From positions 2,340,001-2,372,000 of the forward strand of contig NC_010814.1 of assembly GCF_000020385.1 (NCBI RefSeq): DNA of 32,000 nt, in the 5' to 3' direction. Origin of the DNA: Trichlorobacter lovleyi SZ. Lineage in GTDB: Bacteria > Desulfobacterota > Desulfuromonadia > Geobacterales > Pseudopelobacteraceae. Positions 1-8,515 of the stretch are shown here, one piece after another; within the stretch, counting starts at the first letter, position 1; each line of letters starts with the position of its first letter. A program made the translations under genes and the position numbers. The notes beneath the pieces were generated by a model, which saw nothing but the letters and a program-made list of their open reading frames with translations, was not told where the DNA came from and did no database searches.

Positions 1-450
1 GCCGCTGATGCCGGAGATTGAAGAGACATTGATAATGGCTCCACTGCGGCGGGCCAGCATCTTACGGGCACCCCACTTGCAGCAGTGGAACAGGGGGGAC
101 AGATTGGTACGCAGCACCGCATCCCAGTCATCTTCAGCCATCATGGCCAGAAAACCATCGCGGATAATCCCGGCATTGTTGACCAGGACATCAAGATACC
201 CGCTTGCTGCAGTGGCAGCATCAATCAGGCTGGTTGCCCCGCTGGAAGTAGCAACATCAGCCTTGATGGTGGTGATACTGCCTGCCAGCTCTGCTGCATC
301 CAGACGCAGCCTGTCCGCAGCCTCATCATTGTTCAGGTAGGCGGCAAAGACGGTGGCACCTGCTGCGGCAAAGCGCAGGGATACTGCCCGGCCAATGCCC
401 CGGGTACCACCGGTAACCACGACAACGTTATGTTCAAATTCCAGTCCCAT
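1..450 (-). CDS. FabG-like short-chain dehydrogenase/3-oxoacyl-ACP reductase (C-terminus runs off the window)
   Basis: This ORF is missing from the track because it is open to the window edge. The reverse complement of 1-450 reads without stops: MGLEFEHNVVVVTGGTRGIGRAVSLRFAAAGATVFAAYLNNDE...VLVNNAGIIRDGFLAMMAEDDWDAVLRTNL...GAIINVSSISGISG. It carries the TGxxxGIG Rossmann motif plus the NNAG and NxSS motifs of classical SDRs. A GAGGTG Shine-Dalgarno (SD) sequence lies about 9 nt upstream of the ATG at 448-450. The + strand ORFs at 8-340 and 85-486 are its shadows. Confidence 0.85.
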   Translation of the reverse strand, partial: MGLEFEHNVVVVTGGTRGIGRAVSLRFAAAGATVFAAYLNNDEAADRLRLDAAELAGSITTIKADVATSSGATSLIDAATAASGYLDVLVNNAGIIRDGFLAMMAEDDWDAVLRTNLSPLFHCCKWGARKMLARRSGAIINVSSISGISG

Positions 451-611
451 ATCAAACAACCACCTCAAGATTCTATAAACAGATAGTATTCCAGTTTCAA
501 ATCAAGGATGAGATCAAGGCGGCGAGGAATTCGGCGACGCAGGCGTACACGCAGTACGTTGAGGAGCCGATGACGAGCCAACGCAGATATCGCCTTGAGT
601 TGGAACTGGAA

Positions 612-1994
612 TCACTTCATCGGGGCGATTCTACTTCTTCCCATCCGCTTCAGCAACTTCCAAAGTGGTCCCCGCACCTTGAACATCCGCAACGCCTCCA
701 GCATGGTGTCGCTGATATTCACCTCCAGACCCGGTACAATCCAGTTTTTACGCTGCATTGCCTGTTCTGTCACAATCGTTGAAAGCCGGTCCCTGATGGC
801 CGGAGCCAGGTAAAAGGTAGGCTGCAGCAGATCTGTTTCAACGGTAATAATCCCCTCGTCCAGGGCGGTACGATACAGCCTGGTGCGGGGGTAGATCCGC
901 ACCCCGGTCATGGCAATGACGGCGGTAGGATTCAGTTCATCCATCAGCTGAAAGGTATCCAGAATGGTCTCTTCTGTCTCTCCTGGTCCGCCAAAGATGA
1001 TGTAGTGGGCAAAATCCAGCCCCGCCTCCCGGCAAAGCAGCGAGGCAGATCTGACCTGTCCGAGTGTAAACGATTTACAGAGACTTGTTAACATGCCAGG
1101 TGAACCGGAGTCAGTGCCGAACTCAATCGCATCGCAGCCGGCCCGCTGCATCAGATCCAGAAGCTGCGGTGTGATAAAATCCGGATTGATAAAGGCAGAC
1201 CAGTTAACCTGTAACCCGGCATCAATCATGGCTGTGCAGAGCTGTTCACAAAAGCTGACCGGGTAGTTAAAGATATCATCCACAAAATAGAGATAATCAA
1301 CACCATGATCATTCACCAGACTGCGGATCTCGGCAATAATCTCAGCCACCGGTCTGGTCCGCATCTGCTGGCCTTCCAGCAGCGGATAGGTGCAGTAACT
1401 GCAACCAAAGGGACAGCCCCGTTTGGTCTGCAGATTGGCCATGCCCCCTTCCTTCAGGTAGCGGGCCACATCAAACAGCTCCCGATCAGGACTGCCGATT
1501 CTGGAAACTGTTTGCGGCGGGATAAAGTCGATTTTCCCCGGCAGCACAACACCGGGCAGATCAGCCGGATCAATCCCTTGTGCCAGCCGGTCCAGCAGAA
1601 GGGGCAGCTGCTGCTCCCCCTCCCCCACCAGACCGATATCAGCACCGCAGGCAGCCAGGATCTCCAGCGGCATCAGGCTGAAACCTGAACCACCCACAAT
1701 GACGGTTGCCCTGCCTTTGCAGACCGTTACCAGATCAGTCAGACCGGACAGATAGGAACGGGCATCAGGCCAGGTAACATTATCCAGATTACGCAGCGAA
1801 ATGATCACCGCCTCAGGCTGTTCAGCAACAACCGTTGCCTGGAGCGCAGCAAGGGGATCGGCTTCAAAACAGAGATCCAGCACTGCCAACTGATGACCGG
1901 CCTGTTTGAGCGGGGCTGCCAGAAAGGCCAGACCAAGGGGAAAGACCGGATAGGGGGAACGCTCCCGGTTTGCCGAAACCAGCAGCAGCTTCAT
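612..1994 (-). CDS. Cobalamin(B12)-binding-domain radical SAM protein (lipid-cluster type)
   Basis: 460 aa. The N-terminal region is B12-binding-like (MKLLLVSANRE...AVIISLRN). The radical SAM cluster motif is RGCPFGCSYCTYP (CxxxCxxC). Its ATG at 1992-1994 overlaps the TGA of the upstream thioesterase gene (ATGA). Confidence 0.85.
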   Translation of the reverse strand: MKLLLVSANRERSPYPVFPLGLAFLAAPLKQAGHQLAVLDLCFEADPLAALQATVVAEQPEAVIISLRNLDNVTWPDARSYLSGLTDLVTVCKGRATVIVGGSGFSLMPLEILAACGADIGLVGEGEQQLPLLLDRLAQGIDPADLPGVVLPGKIDFIPPQTVSRIGSPDRELFDVARYLKEGGMANLQTKRGCPFGCSYCTYPLLEGQQMRTRPVAEIIAEIRSLVNDHGVDYLYFVDDIFNYPVSFCEQLCTAMIDAGLQVNWSAFINPDFITPQLLDLMQRAGCDAIEFGTDSGSPGMLTSLCKSFTLGQVRSASLLCREAGLDFAHYIIFGGPGETEETILDTFQLMDELNPTAVIAMTGVRIYPRTRLYRTALDEGIITVETDLLQPTFYLAPAIRDRLSTIVTEQAMQRKNWIVPGLEVNISDTMLEALRMFKVRGPLWKLLKRMGRSRIAPMK

Positions 1995-2422
1995 CGGCAG
2001 ACACCTTCATCCAGCCAGGCCCGCATGTTGGCCACCCTCTGTTCCACTTCCACCGGCAGACGATACTGCAGTACGCCGTTCATATCGGTCAGTGCATGGC
2101 AGACCAGACCAGTGGCCAGCCGCTGACCATCGACAGACAGCATCTCACAGCGAAAACGCAGCATGGCCGCTGCATCATCCTCCAGCCAGGTTCGAATCGT
2201 GACGACATCATTAAACAGGGCAGGCCGCAGGTACTTCAGTTCAAGTGACACCACCGGCCCCTGATAGCCCAAGGCCAACAGGTCATCCGGCCCAAGGCCG
2301 AACTGGCCGGACAGGTTATTGCGGCCGATTTCCATCCAGGCCACATAATGGCCGTGCCAGGCCACCTGATAGCTGTCCACCTCATTGAATCTGACCGTGA
2401 TTTCTGTTTCATCCCAACTCAT
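1991..2422 (-). CDS. Hotdog-fold acyl-CoA/acyl-ACP thioesterase (4HBT/YbgC-like)
   Basis: 143 aa. The N-terminus, VRFNEVDSYQVAWHGHYVAWMEIGR, is typical of 4HBT-type thioesterases. Its ATG at 2420-2422 overlaps the hsdR TGA at 2419-2421. Confidence 0.8.
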   Translation of the reverse strand: MSWDETEITVRFNEVDSYQVAWHGHYVAWMEIGRNNLSGQFGLGPDDLLALGYQGPVVSLELKYLRPALFNDVVTIRTWLEDDAAAMLRFRCEMLSVDGQRLATGLVCHALTDMNGVLQYRLPVEVEQRVANMRAWLDEGVCR

Positions 2423-5418
2423 GCCGGTGCAACCGGTTTCGGTGGTTCACAAGCTACATTCGTCATGGCAAACACCATATCTGAGACACTCCGCTTAAAA
2501 GATTCATTCTCAACAAACTGCTTGTAGGCCTCGGTATCATCCTTGAGCAGTGACAGCATGACCCGCGCCAACGCCTTGTCATGCTCCAGGCGGGCAGCAT
2601 TCGGGGTATTCTGTTTGGCGTTCCGGTAAGCCTGATCAGCTGCCACTTTAGGAGCGACATCATCCTGGATACGCTTTGCAACACGATCAACATCGCTAAA
2701 CAGGGTACCGAACTGTTCGTTGAACGATTTAAGGATATTGGTGAGCTTATCCATATCAGGCTGCGGTTTTCCACCACCACCGCCTACCGGTATTGGATCG
2801 ATTTCTGCTTCTTCATCTGCAAGGATGATGTTCATAACAGCCTGTTTTTCGGTACGATAGCTATCCATATCAATGGATTCCAGTATCCCCTTGGAGAGAT
2901 CCTCCTCTTGGGGGGCAGGCAGTTTTGGTATCAAAAAGGACAGGAAGATGGAGAGTTTTTCCCAATCAACATCGCTATAAGGCAAAATAGAAGACAGGAA
3001 TTCATAGGTGCGTGTAAACGCCTTGGCCTTGCCCTTGAAATCAATCTGGGCATCCTCATGCAACTCCTCAATATAAACCGCCACACAGGCGTCCAACAGT
3101 GGGTCTAACTTGTCACGTTGAGCGCCACCAAGATACAGCCCTACCAGCTCATCCACAACTGCCGCACGGTAGACGTGATAGTTGTCCAGTACCGCCTTCA
3201 GGTCATGAAGCTTGTTAGGGTCAGTCTCTTCACTCAAGACCGTAGTGCGGTAATAATCGGCAAAGGCGGCCTGAATCGTGTCAGCGTCATTCATAAAATC
3301 CAGCACAAACACGTCGTGTTTGCGAGGATGGGCACGATTCAACCGCGACAGGGTCTGCACTGCCTTGATGCCGGAGAGGGTCTTATCCACATACATGGTA
3401 TGTAGCAGCGGCTCATCATAGCCGGTTTGAAACTTATCGGCGCAAACCAGAATGCGGTACGGGTCTTCCTGAATTTTGTCTGCGATGTCTCCACTGGGGA
3501 AGCCATTCAGGGATGCCTCAGTAACCTTCTGACCTCGAAAATCATACTCACCGGAAAACGCAACAATGGCCTGGTATGGACTTTTCTGCTCCTCCAGGTA
3601 GGACTTAATGGCATGGAAATACTGGATAGCGCGCTCTATACCGTTGCAGACCACCATGACACGGGCCTGCCCACCGATCTTACCCTTGGCAATAACCTGC
3701 TCGCGGAAGTGATCCACCATGATCTCTGCTTTCAGCCGAATGGCGTGATCATGGCTTTCAACATACCGGCGCAGCTTTTTCTGGGCCTTGTTCTTGTCAA
3801 ACTCGGGGTCGTCTTTAACCTTCTTGATCAACTTGTAATAGCTGTTAACCGGGGTATAGCTTTTGAGCACATCCAGGATGAATCCCTCCTGAATCGCCTG
3901 TTTCATGGTGTAACAGTGGAATGGGCGATGCTTGACCTTCCCCTCTTCGCCCGGATACGGCTCACCAAATATCTCCAGCGTCTTGTTCTTGGGGGTGGCG
4001 GTGAAGGCGAAGTAGCTGGCGTTGGTAAGCATCTTCCGGGCCGCCATCCGTTTTTCCAGTACATCGTTGATCTCGTCTTCAGGGTCGGTCAGGGCTGCGT
4101 TCAATGCCCCGGCAGCCTTCCCCCCCTGGCTGGAGTGTGCTTCATCGATGATGATGGCAAAGCTCCGCCCCCGGTGCTCATCACCGATCTCATTCAGGAT
4201 ATAGGGGAACTTTTGCACCGTGCTGATGATGATCTTCTTGCCGGATTCTATGAACTTCCGCAGGTCGCCGGAGTGCTCTGCGTGCCCCACGGTGGAGCCA
4301 ACCTGCATGAAGCCCTTGATGGTGTTTTTGATCTGATCATCGAGAATGCGGCGGTCAGTAATGACGATGATTGAGTCAAAGAGATCCTTCCCGTCCTTGC
4401 GCAAAGCGACCAACTGATGGGCCAGCCAGGCGATGGAGTTGGACTTGCCGCTGCCAGCCGAATGTTGGATCAGATAACGCTGCCCCACGCCTTGCTTCAG
4501 CGCATCGGCCAGCAACCGCCGCACCACATCCAACTGGTGATACCGGGGAAACACCTGTTTGCGGGATTTCTTACGGGTTTTGGGGTTTATCTCTTCAACA
4601 ATCTGGGCATAGTTCTCAATGATGTCAGTAACGCCCTGAAGGGTAAGAACCCGTTTCCAGAGGTAGTCGGTCTTGAGGCCGTGCGGATTGGGCGGATTCC
4701 CGGCACCGTCATTCCAGCCCAGGTTGAACGGCAGGAACCATGAACCCTTTCCCTTAAGCTCGGTACACATCTGTACCTCACGGTCATCCACCGCAAAATG
4801 GACGATGCAGCGACCGAAGCTGAACAGCCGCTCCCGAGGATCGCGGTCCCGGCGGTACTGCTCAATGGCGTCCTCCACCGTCTGCTTGGTCAGGCTGTTC
4901 TTCAGTTCAAAGGTGGCAATGGGCAGGCCGTTGATGAACAGAGCAAGATCCAATGCCCGGCGGGTTTCATCACGACTGTAGCGGAGTTGTCGGGTGAGGC
5001 TGAAACGGTTGGCAATGTACAACTGGGCTGCCTTGTCATTACCAGGGGATGGGCTGCCATAGAAGAGGTCGATATGGTACTTCTCGTGCTTTACCCCTTT
5101 GCGCAGCAGGTCAATCACCCCACGCCTGGCGCATTCAGACTCTACACGGGCCAGAAACCGGCGGCGTACCGGCGTGTCCTTCTCCAGTTCAAGAGCAGTG
5201 GCGATCTCCGGTTGGGTTGCCTCTACAAAGGCATGCAACTGTGTCACATCAACGCAGTATTCCCGATCATAGTCACGGGCATCACCCAACAACCAGCCGG
5301 TACCGCCAAACGGCTCAACCGGATCATGCACACCACCAGCCGCAACAACTGCGGTTCGGCCGGTCATGGTGGTGCAGATCAGATCCTCCAGGCCACGCTC
5401 ACTGGTATCAGTGGTCAT
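2419..5418 (-). CDS. hsdR: Type I restriction enzyme R subunit
   Basis: 999 aa. The N-terminal PD-(D/E)xK-like nuclease motif is DLALFINGLPIATFELKN. The helicase Walker A motif is HSAGSGKSNSIAW and the DEAH box is IIIDEAHSSQ. Helicase motif VI-like QTLSRLNR is present, and the long C-terminal domain is typical of HsdR. Its ATG overlaps the darG TGA (ATGA at 5415-5418). Confidence 0.93.
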   Translation of the reverse strand: MTTDTSERGLEDLICTTMTGRTAVVAAGGVHDPVEPFGGTGWLLGDARDYDREYCVDVTQLHAFVEATQPEIATALELEKDTPVRRRFLARVESECARRGVIDLLRKGVKHEKYHIDLFYGSPSPGNDKAAQLYIANRFSLTRQLRYSRDETRRALDLALFINGLPIATFELKNSLTKQTVEDAIEQYRRDRDPRERLFSFGRCIVHFAVDDREVQMCTELKGKGSWFLPFNLGWNDGAGNPPNPHGLKTDYLWKRVLTLQGVTDIIENYAQIVEEINPKTRKKSRKQVFPRYHQLDVVRRLLADALKQGVGQRYLIQHSAGSGKSNSIAWLAHQLVALRKDGKDLFDSIIVITDRRILDDQIKNTIKGFMQVGSTVGHAEHSGDLRKFIESGKKIIISTVQKFPYILNEIGDEHRGRSFAIIIDEAHSSQGGKAAGALNAALTDPEDEINDVLEKRMAARKMLTNASYFAFTATPKNKTLEIFGEPYPGEEGKVKHRPFHCYTMKQAIQEGFILDVLKSYTPVNSYYKLIKKVKDDPEFDKNKAQKKLRRYVESHDHAIRLKAEIMVDHFREQVIAKGKIGGQARVMVVCNGIERAIQYFHAIKSYLEEQKSPYQAIVAFSGEYDFRGQKVTEASLNGFPSGDIADKIQEDPYRILVCADKFQTGYDEPLLHTMYVDKTLSGIKAVQTLSRLNRAHPRKHDVFVLDFMNDADTIQAAFADYYRTTVLSEETDPNKLHDLKAVLDNYHVYRAAVVDELVGLYLGGAQRDKLDPLLDACVAVYIEELHEDAQIDFKGKAKAFTRTYEFLSSILPYSDVDWEKLSIFLSFLIPKLPAPQEEDLSKGILESIDMDSYRTEKQAVMNIILADEEAEIDPIPVGGGGGKPQPDMDKLTNILKSFNEQFGTLFSDVDRVAKRIQDDVAPKVAADQAYRNAKQNTPNAARLEHDKALARVMLSLLKDDTEAYKQFVENESFKRSVSDMVFAMTNVACEPPKPVAPA

Positions 5419-6482
5419 GCGCTACCTGCCAATGACGGTATCCAGCCTTTTTTCGATAGCATGAACACAGCCAGAGCTATTTGCCGTGGGGTAAACTGAC
5501 GCTTACGGTCATTCCAACCATAAACCCGCGCTGTGACTTCCTCCAGTGAACAGGCTTGCTCCTGGCTTACCACCCAATGCACCGTTGCCAACAGCTCCAG
5601 GCCAAAGGGGGTTTCAAACCCTTCTACCAGTTCAAAGACACGGTTCATCCGGTTAACCGTATCCGGCTGTTCTTGCAGGAATGTTTGCGCATCCACCAGG
5701 GCACCCGGTACCAACTCCAACTGTTTATCCGGCGCATCACCGCCATCAGCGTAGCCCGAGACCAGATGTCCCTCTACAGCCCGCAAGACATGCCGCAGGT
5801 TTTCGGCATAGGGACCATAAGGAGCCTTGGTGTAATTCAGTCGTAGCGGTTCCTGTGCTGCCTGCATAAAGTACATCAACTTGTGTACCTCCAGCAGGGT
5901 AATGAAGGGGTCCAACAGCCCTGCCAGATAGCGGTGCATCAGCCCCACCAGTGCAGCCCGGCCTGGTGTCATCTTCGGAACATCGCTGGAGCGGTTCGCA
6001 CGCTCATCAGCCTTATCAGGAGCCGGTTCAAAGATGACCACCCGCAGCCCCTCAACCCCTTGCAAAGCGGCTTCAATACGGGGACGCACCTGCTTCCAGT
6101 CCAATCCGCCAAGACCGGCGCCCAACGGTGGTATGGCAATAGAGCTGATCTTGCGTATTCTGATCTCTTCAACCAAGGCCACCAGACCTGCATCTATATC
6201 TTCTATTCGACTCTTGGCCTTCCAATGTCGTTTGGTTGGAAAATTGATAACAAAACGTGGATTGGTGAGACGACCGGTTTCATACACAAACATCCGCCCC
6301 GGTTGCACTTCATTCAGCTTGCAGGCCGCAGCATAGGCCTTGAAGTTGTCCGGATAGGTGTTCTTAAACTGCAGGGCAATCCCCCGTCCCATGATACCGA
6401 CGCAGTTTACGGTGTTCACCACTGCCTCAACATCCTCGGCCAGTATGTTACCGGTTTTGTATTCAATCATGGCTTGCCTCAT
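5415..6482 (-). CDS. darG: DarG-like macrodomain antitoxin (ADP-ribosyl-DNA glycohydrolase)
   Basis: 355 aa. The N-terminal macrodomain signature is MIEYKTGNILAEDVEAVVNTVNCVGIMGRGIALQFK...IAIPPLGAGLGGLDW. The C-terminal domain of about 190 aa fits DarG. The gene lies immediately downstream of a DUF4433/DarT gene. An alternative start is the ATG at 6468-6470 (MIEYK...), which has a GAGG 6 nt upstream. Confidence 0.85.
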   Translation of the reverse strand: MRQAMIEYKTGNILAEDVEAVVNTVNCVGIMGRGIALQFKNTYPDNFKAYAAACKLNEVQPGRMFVYETGRLTNPRFVINFPTKRHWKAKSRIEDIDAGLVALVEEIRIRKISSIAIPPLGAGLGGLDWKQVRPRIEAALQGVEGLRVVIFEPAPDKADERANRSSDVPKMTPGRAALVGLMHRYLAGLLDPFITLLEVHKLMYFMQAAQEPLRLNYTKAPYGPYAENLRHVLRAVEGHLVSGYADGGDAPDKQLELVPGALVDAQTFLQEQPDTVNRMNRVFELVEGFETPFGLELLATVHWVVSQEQACSLEEVTARVYGWNDRKRQFTPRQIALAVFMLSKKGWIPSLAGSA

Positions 6483-6488
6483 AACGGT

Positions 6489-7130
6489 CTAATAATACCA
6501 ATTCTGCATCAATTCTACACGAGGTTTATGGGTTGATGCTGCAATGGCTGCACTGGCCTGCGCGTGAGTCTGCGTTGTCATCACGCCTATCCGGGTGACC
6601 AGTTCCCACGGAAACCGCTGTTCAATCAAAAACTCGGCCTGCTTGCCTTCTTTACATTTTTGCCAGTTGGTGGCTTCTACGGCCTGCCAGTCAATATCCC
6701 CAAGCCGGTCAAGATTGCTACGGTCTTCAAAATAATACGCACCGGCATTAGACAGCGTAAAGGCCCATCTCAGGTTTTGTGATTCAGCCCAGGCAACCGT
6801 CTGATGCAGATCTGCTTCCAGATGCACAATTGGGGCTTGTCCGCCACGATAGGTCAGTTCAGGATCGTTGGCCCGCCAGATAAGATACAGCATGACTGAG
6901 CGCGGACAAAAATAAAACGGCACACAATCGCCCACATTCAATCCAAAGTGGCTGGACAGAAATAGCTCGTTAAGACGTCTCTGCTTGATAGTCCCCATAC
7001 CGATGGTTGTGCCGGGCGGTTTGCTGCGCACAATCTCCGCATCACACAGCAGACCGTTGCTGGCAATGATTGATGTCAGGCGGTCAACATGCACGATATG
7101 ATAGATTTTGGGACGATCAGGAATAGCCAT
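6489..7130 (-). CDS. darT: DarT-like DNA ADP-ribosyltransferase toxin (DUF4433)
   Basis: 213 aa. The N-terminus (IYHIVHVDRLTSIIASNGLL) is DUF4433-like and the C-terminus (KQAEFLIEQRFPWELVTRIGV) retains the catalytic-type Glu. It is paired with the macrodomain gene 6 nt downstream. Its ATG shares one base with the hsdS TAA (TAATG). Confidence 0.85.
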   Translation of the reverse strand: MAIPDRPKIYHIVHVDRLTSIIASNGLLCDAEIVRSKPPGTTIGMGTIKQRRLNELFLSSHFGLNVGDCVPFYFCPRSVMLYLIWRANDPELTYRGGQAPIVHLEADLHQTVAWAESQNLRWAFTLSNAGAYYFEDRSNLDRLGDIDWQAVEATNWQKCKEGKQAEFLIEQRFPWELVTRIGVMTTQTHAQASAAIAASTHKPRVELMQNWYY

Positions 7131-8515
7131 TATGACTCATCCTCTGCATCTAAGCCATTATCATCCAGTTCGGCAGTTTCACCACAATCCTGCAGTGTTG
7201 CAAGCTCTTCCAGTTCATCCGGCAGTCGCGCCGCTGCCTGCCGAACATCCAGCTTGCCGGTGACCACATCGGCGATCAGACGGGTGCGGTATTCGCGGAG
7301 CAGGTCGATTTCACGTTCTGTACTTGCGATAACAGTGTTTATGACCAACAACTCTTTATCAAGATACTGCATAATCTCGTATTGTTCGTCGAGCGGAGGT
7401 ACTGGAACACGGATGTCATAAAAATCATCCGTATAGAGACGCCAGAAGCCTTGAACTATTCCCTTTGCTCGCTTACGCAGCTCAACCCTGCATGCTGGCG
7501 TTCTATACATAGCCTCAAAATAACGGGCGACCATTGGCCGTGCAGGGCGAAATACAGTGTAGTCTGGACTTATGAGACCTTGTCCAGGCGCGAGAGCGAA
7601 TACCCCTAAATGAGCCTTAAGTCTGTTAAGCACTAGATCACCGGATCTGCATAGTTTAGCGCCTACATATGATTCTGAGACAAGGCGTCGTTCCTCTATC
7701 TGCGAGTTTGGAATAAGTCCATACTTCTGGCTCATTGATAGATGGGTTTCAGTCCCTGTAACGGAACGTTCATCTACCTCATGAAAGACATACTTCGACC
7801 TGAGATCTTCCCAATGCCCTGGTATATCCCCCAACCACGGAATACCCGAAGGTTTCAGTTGCACATTTGGATCAAGGCCACGGGTGACGGCACGGTGGAT
7901 GATGACCTGCTTCTGCTCGTTCAGCAGCGCAATCACCTTCCGTTTAGCCCGGATAGCCTTTTCGATGCGCAGATTGGCATGGTTGAGGAAACGGACAATG
8001 CTTGTCTGTTCGTCGATGGGAGGTATTGAAAGCGGTAGCCGCTTGAAGTCAGAGTAATCAAGGTTCTGCCGGAGACCAGAACCCAGGCCATACAAGATCT
8101 TCGTTAGATCAAGTGTGTGTAGTAATTGGTACCCATACTCAGGCATTAGGGTCTCGGTGACCTTCATACACATATATGCCGAAGTAATGATCCCGCGATT
8201 CTTGACGATCCCTACCCGGAGGCTTGTTTTGTCGTTCTGTAGGTCGGTAGACCGGATAATAATGTCACCTGGATCAACGATCTGGTATGTTTCAAATGAC
8301 TCCGGGACCAAACCATGCAGCTTGTCTTCTGGCTTTACAATGATCCTTCCATAGCTCAATGAAAGGACCGTCTTCTCCTGCAGGCCTGTATTCTTTACCT
8401 TCTTCTCTCTGAAGGCAGAGAATCCAGGACCAGAATGCCAGTGGCTCGGTACATCGCCCAACCATGCCAATTCTGACTCCCGGTACTCCGGATATGGCTT
8501 CAGTTCGGCAATCAT
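7130..8515 (-). CDS. hsdS: Type I restriction-modification specificity subunit
   Basis: 461 aa with two target-recognition halves. Each half is followed by a conserved coiled region: LSIPPIDEQTSIVRFLNHANLRIEKAIRAKRKVIALLNEQKQVIIHRAVTRGLD and VPVPPLDEQYEIMQYLDKELLVINTVIASTEREIDLLREYRTRLIADVVTGKLD. It overlaps the hsdM stop (ATGA). Confidence 0.9.
   Translation of the reverse strand: MIAELKPYPEYRESELAWLGDVPSHWHSGPGFSAFREKKVKNTGLQEKTVLSLSYGRIIVKPEDKLHGLVPESFETYQIVDPGDIIIRSTDLQNDKTSLRVGIVKNRGIITSAYMCMKVTETLMPEYGYQLLHTLDLTKILYGLGSGLRQNLDYSDFKRLPLSIPPIDEQTSIVRFLNHANLRIEKAIRAKRKVIALLNEQKQVIIHRAVTRGLDPNVQLKPSGIPWLGDIPGHWEDLRSKYVFHEVDERSVTGTETHLSMSQKYGLIPNSQIEERRLVSESYVGAKLCRSGDLVLNRLKAHLGVFALAPGQGLISPDYTVFRPARPMVARYFEAMYRTPACRVELRKRAKGIVQGFWRLYTDDFYDIRVPVPPLDEQYEIMQYLDKELLVINTVIASTEREIDLLREYRTRLIADVVTGKLDVRQAAARLPDELEELATLQDCGETAELDDNGLDAEDES

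Noticed and set aside
8-486. + strand ORFs 8-340 and 85-486 at the left edge.
   Set aside because: The opposite strand encodes an unambiguous FabG/SDR N-terminus (TGGTRGIGRA..., NNAG, NVSS) with a good SD. The + strand products have no motifs.
451-611. About 50 sense codons continue in frame after the TGA (612-614) of the B12-rSAM gene, up to a stop near the FabG SD. I considered read-through, selenocysteine or a frameshifted extension.
   Set aside because: A stop-free run of about 50 codons in GC-rich DNA is not statistically remarkable. I saw no SECIS-like hairpin, and the tail is Arg/Leu-rich with no motif. I treat it as a plain 161-nt intergenic spacer.
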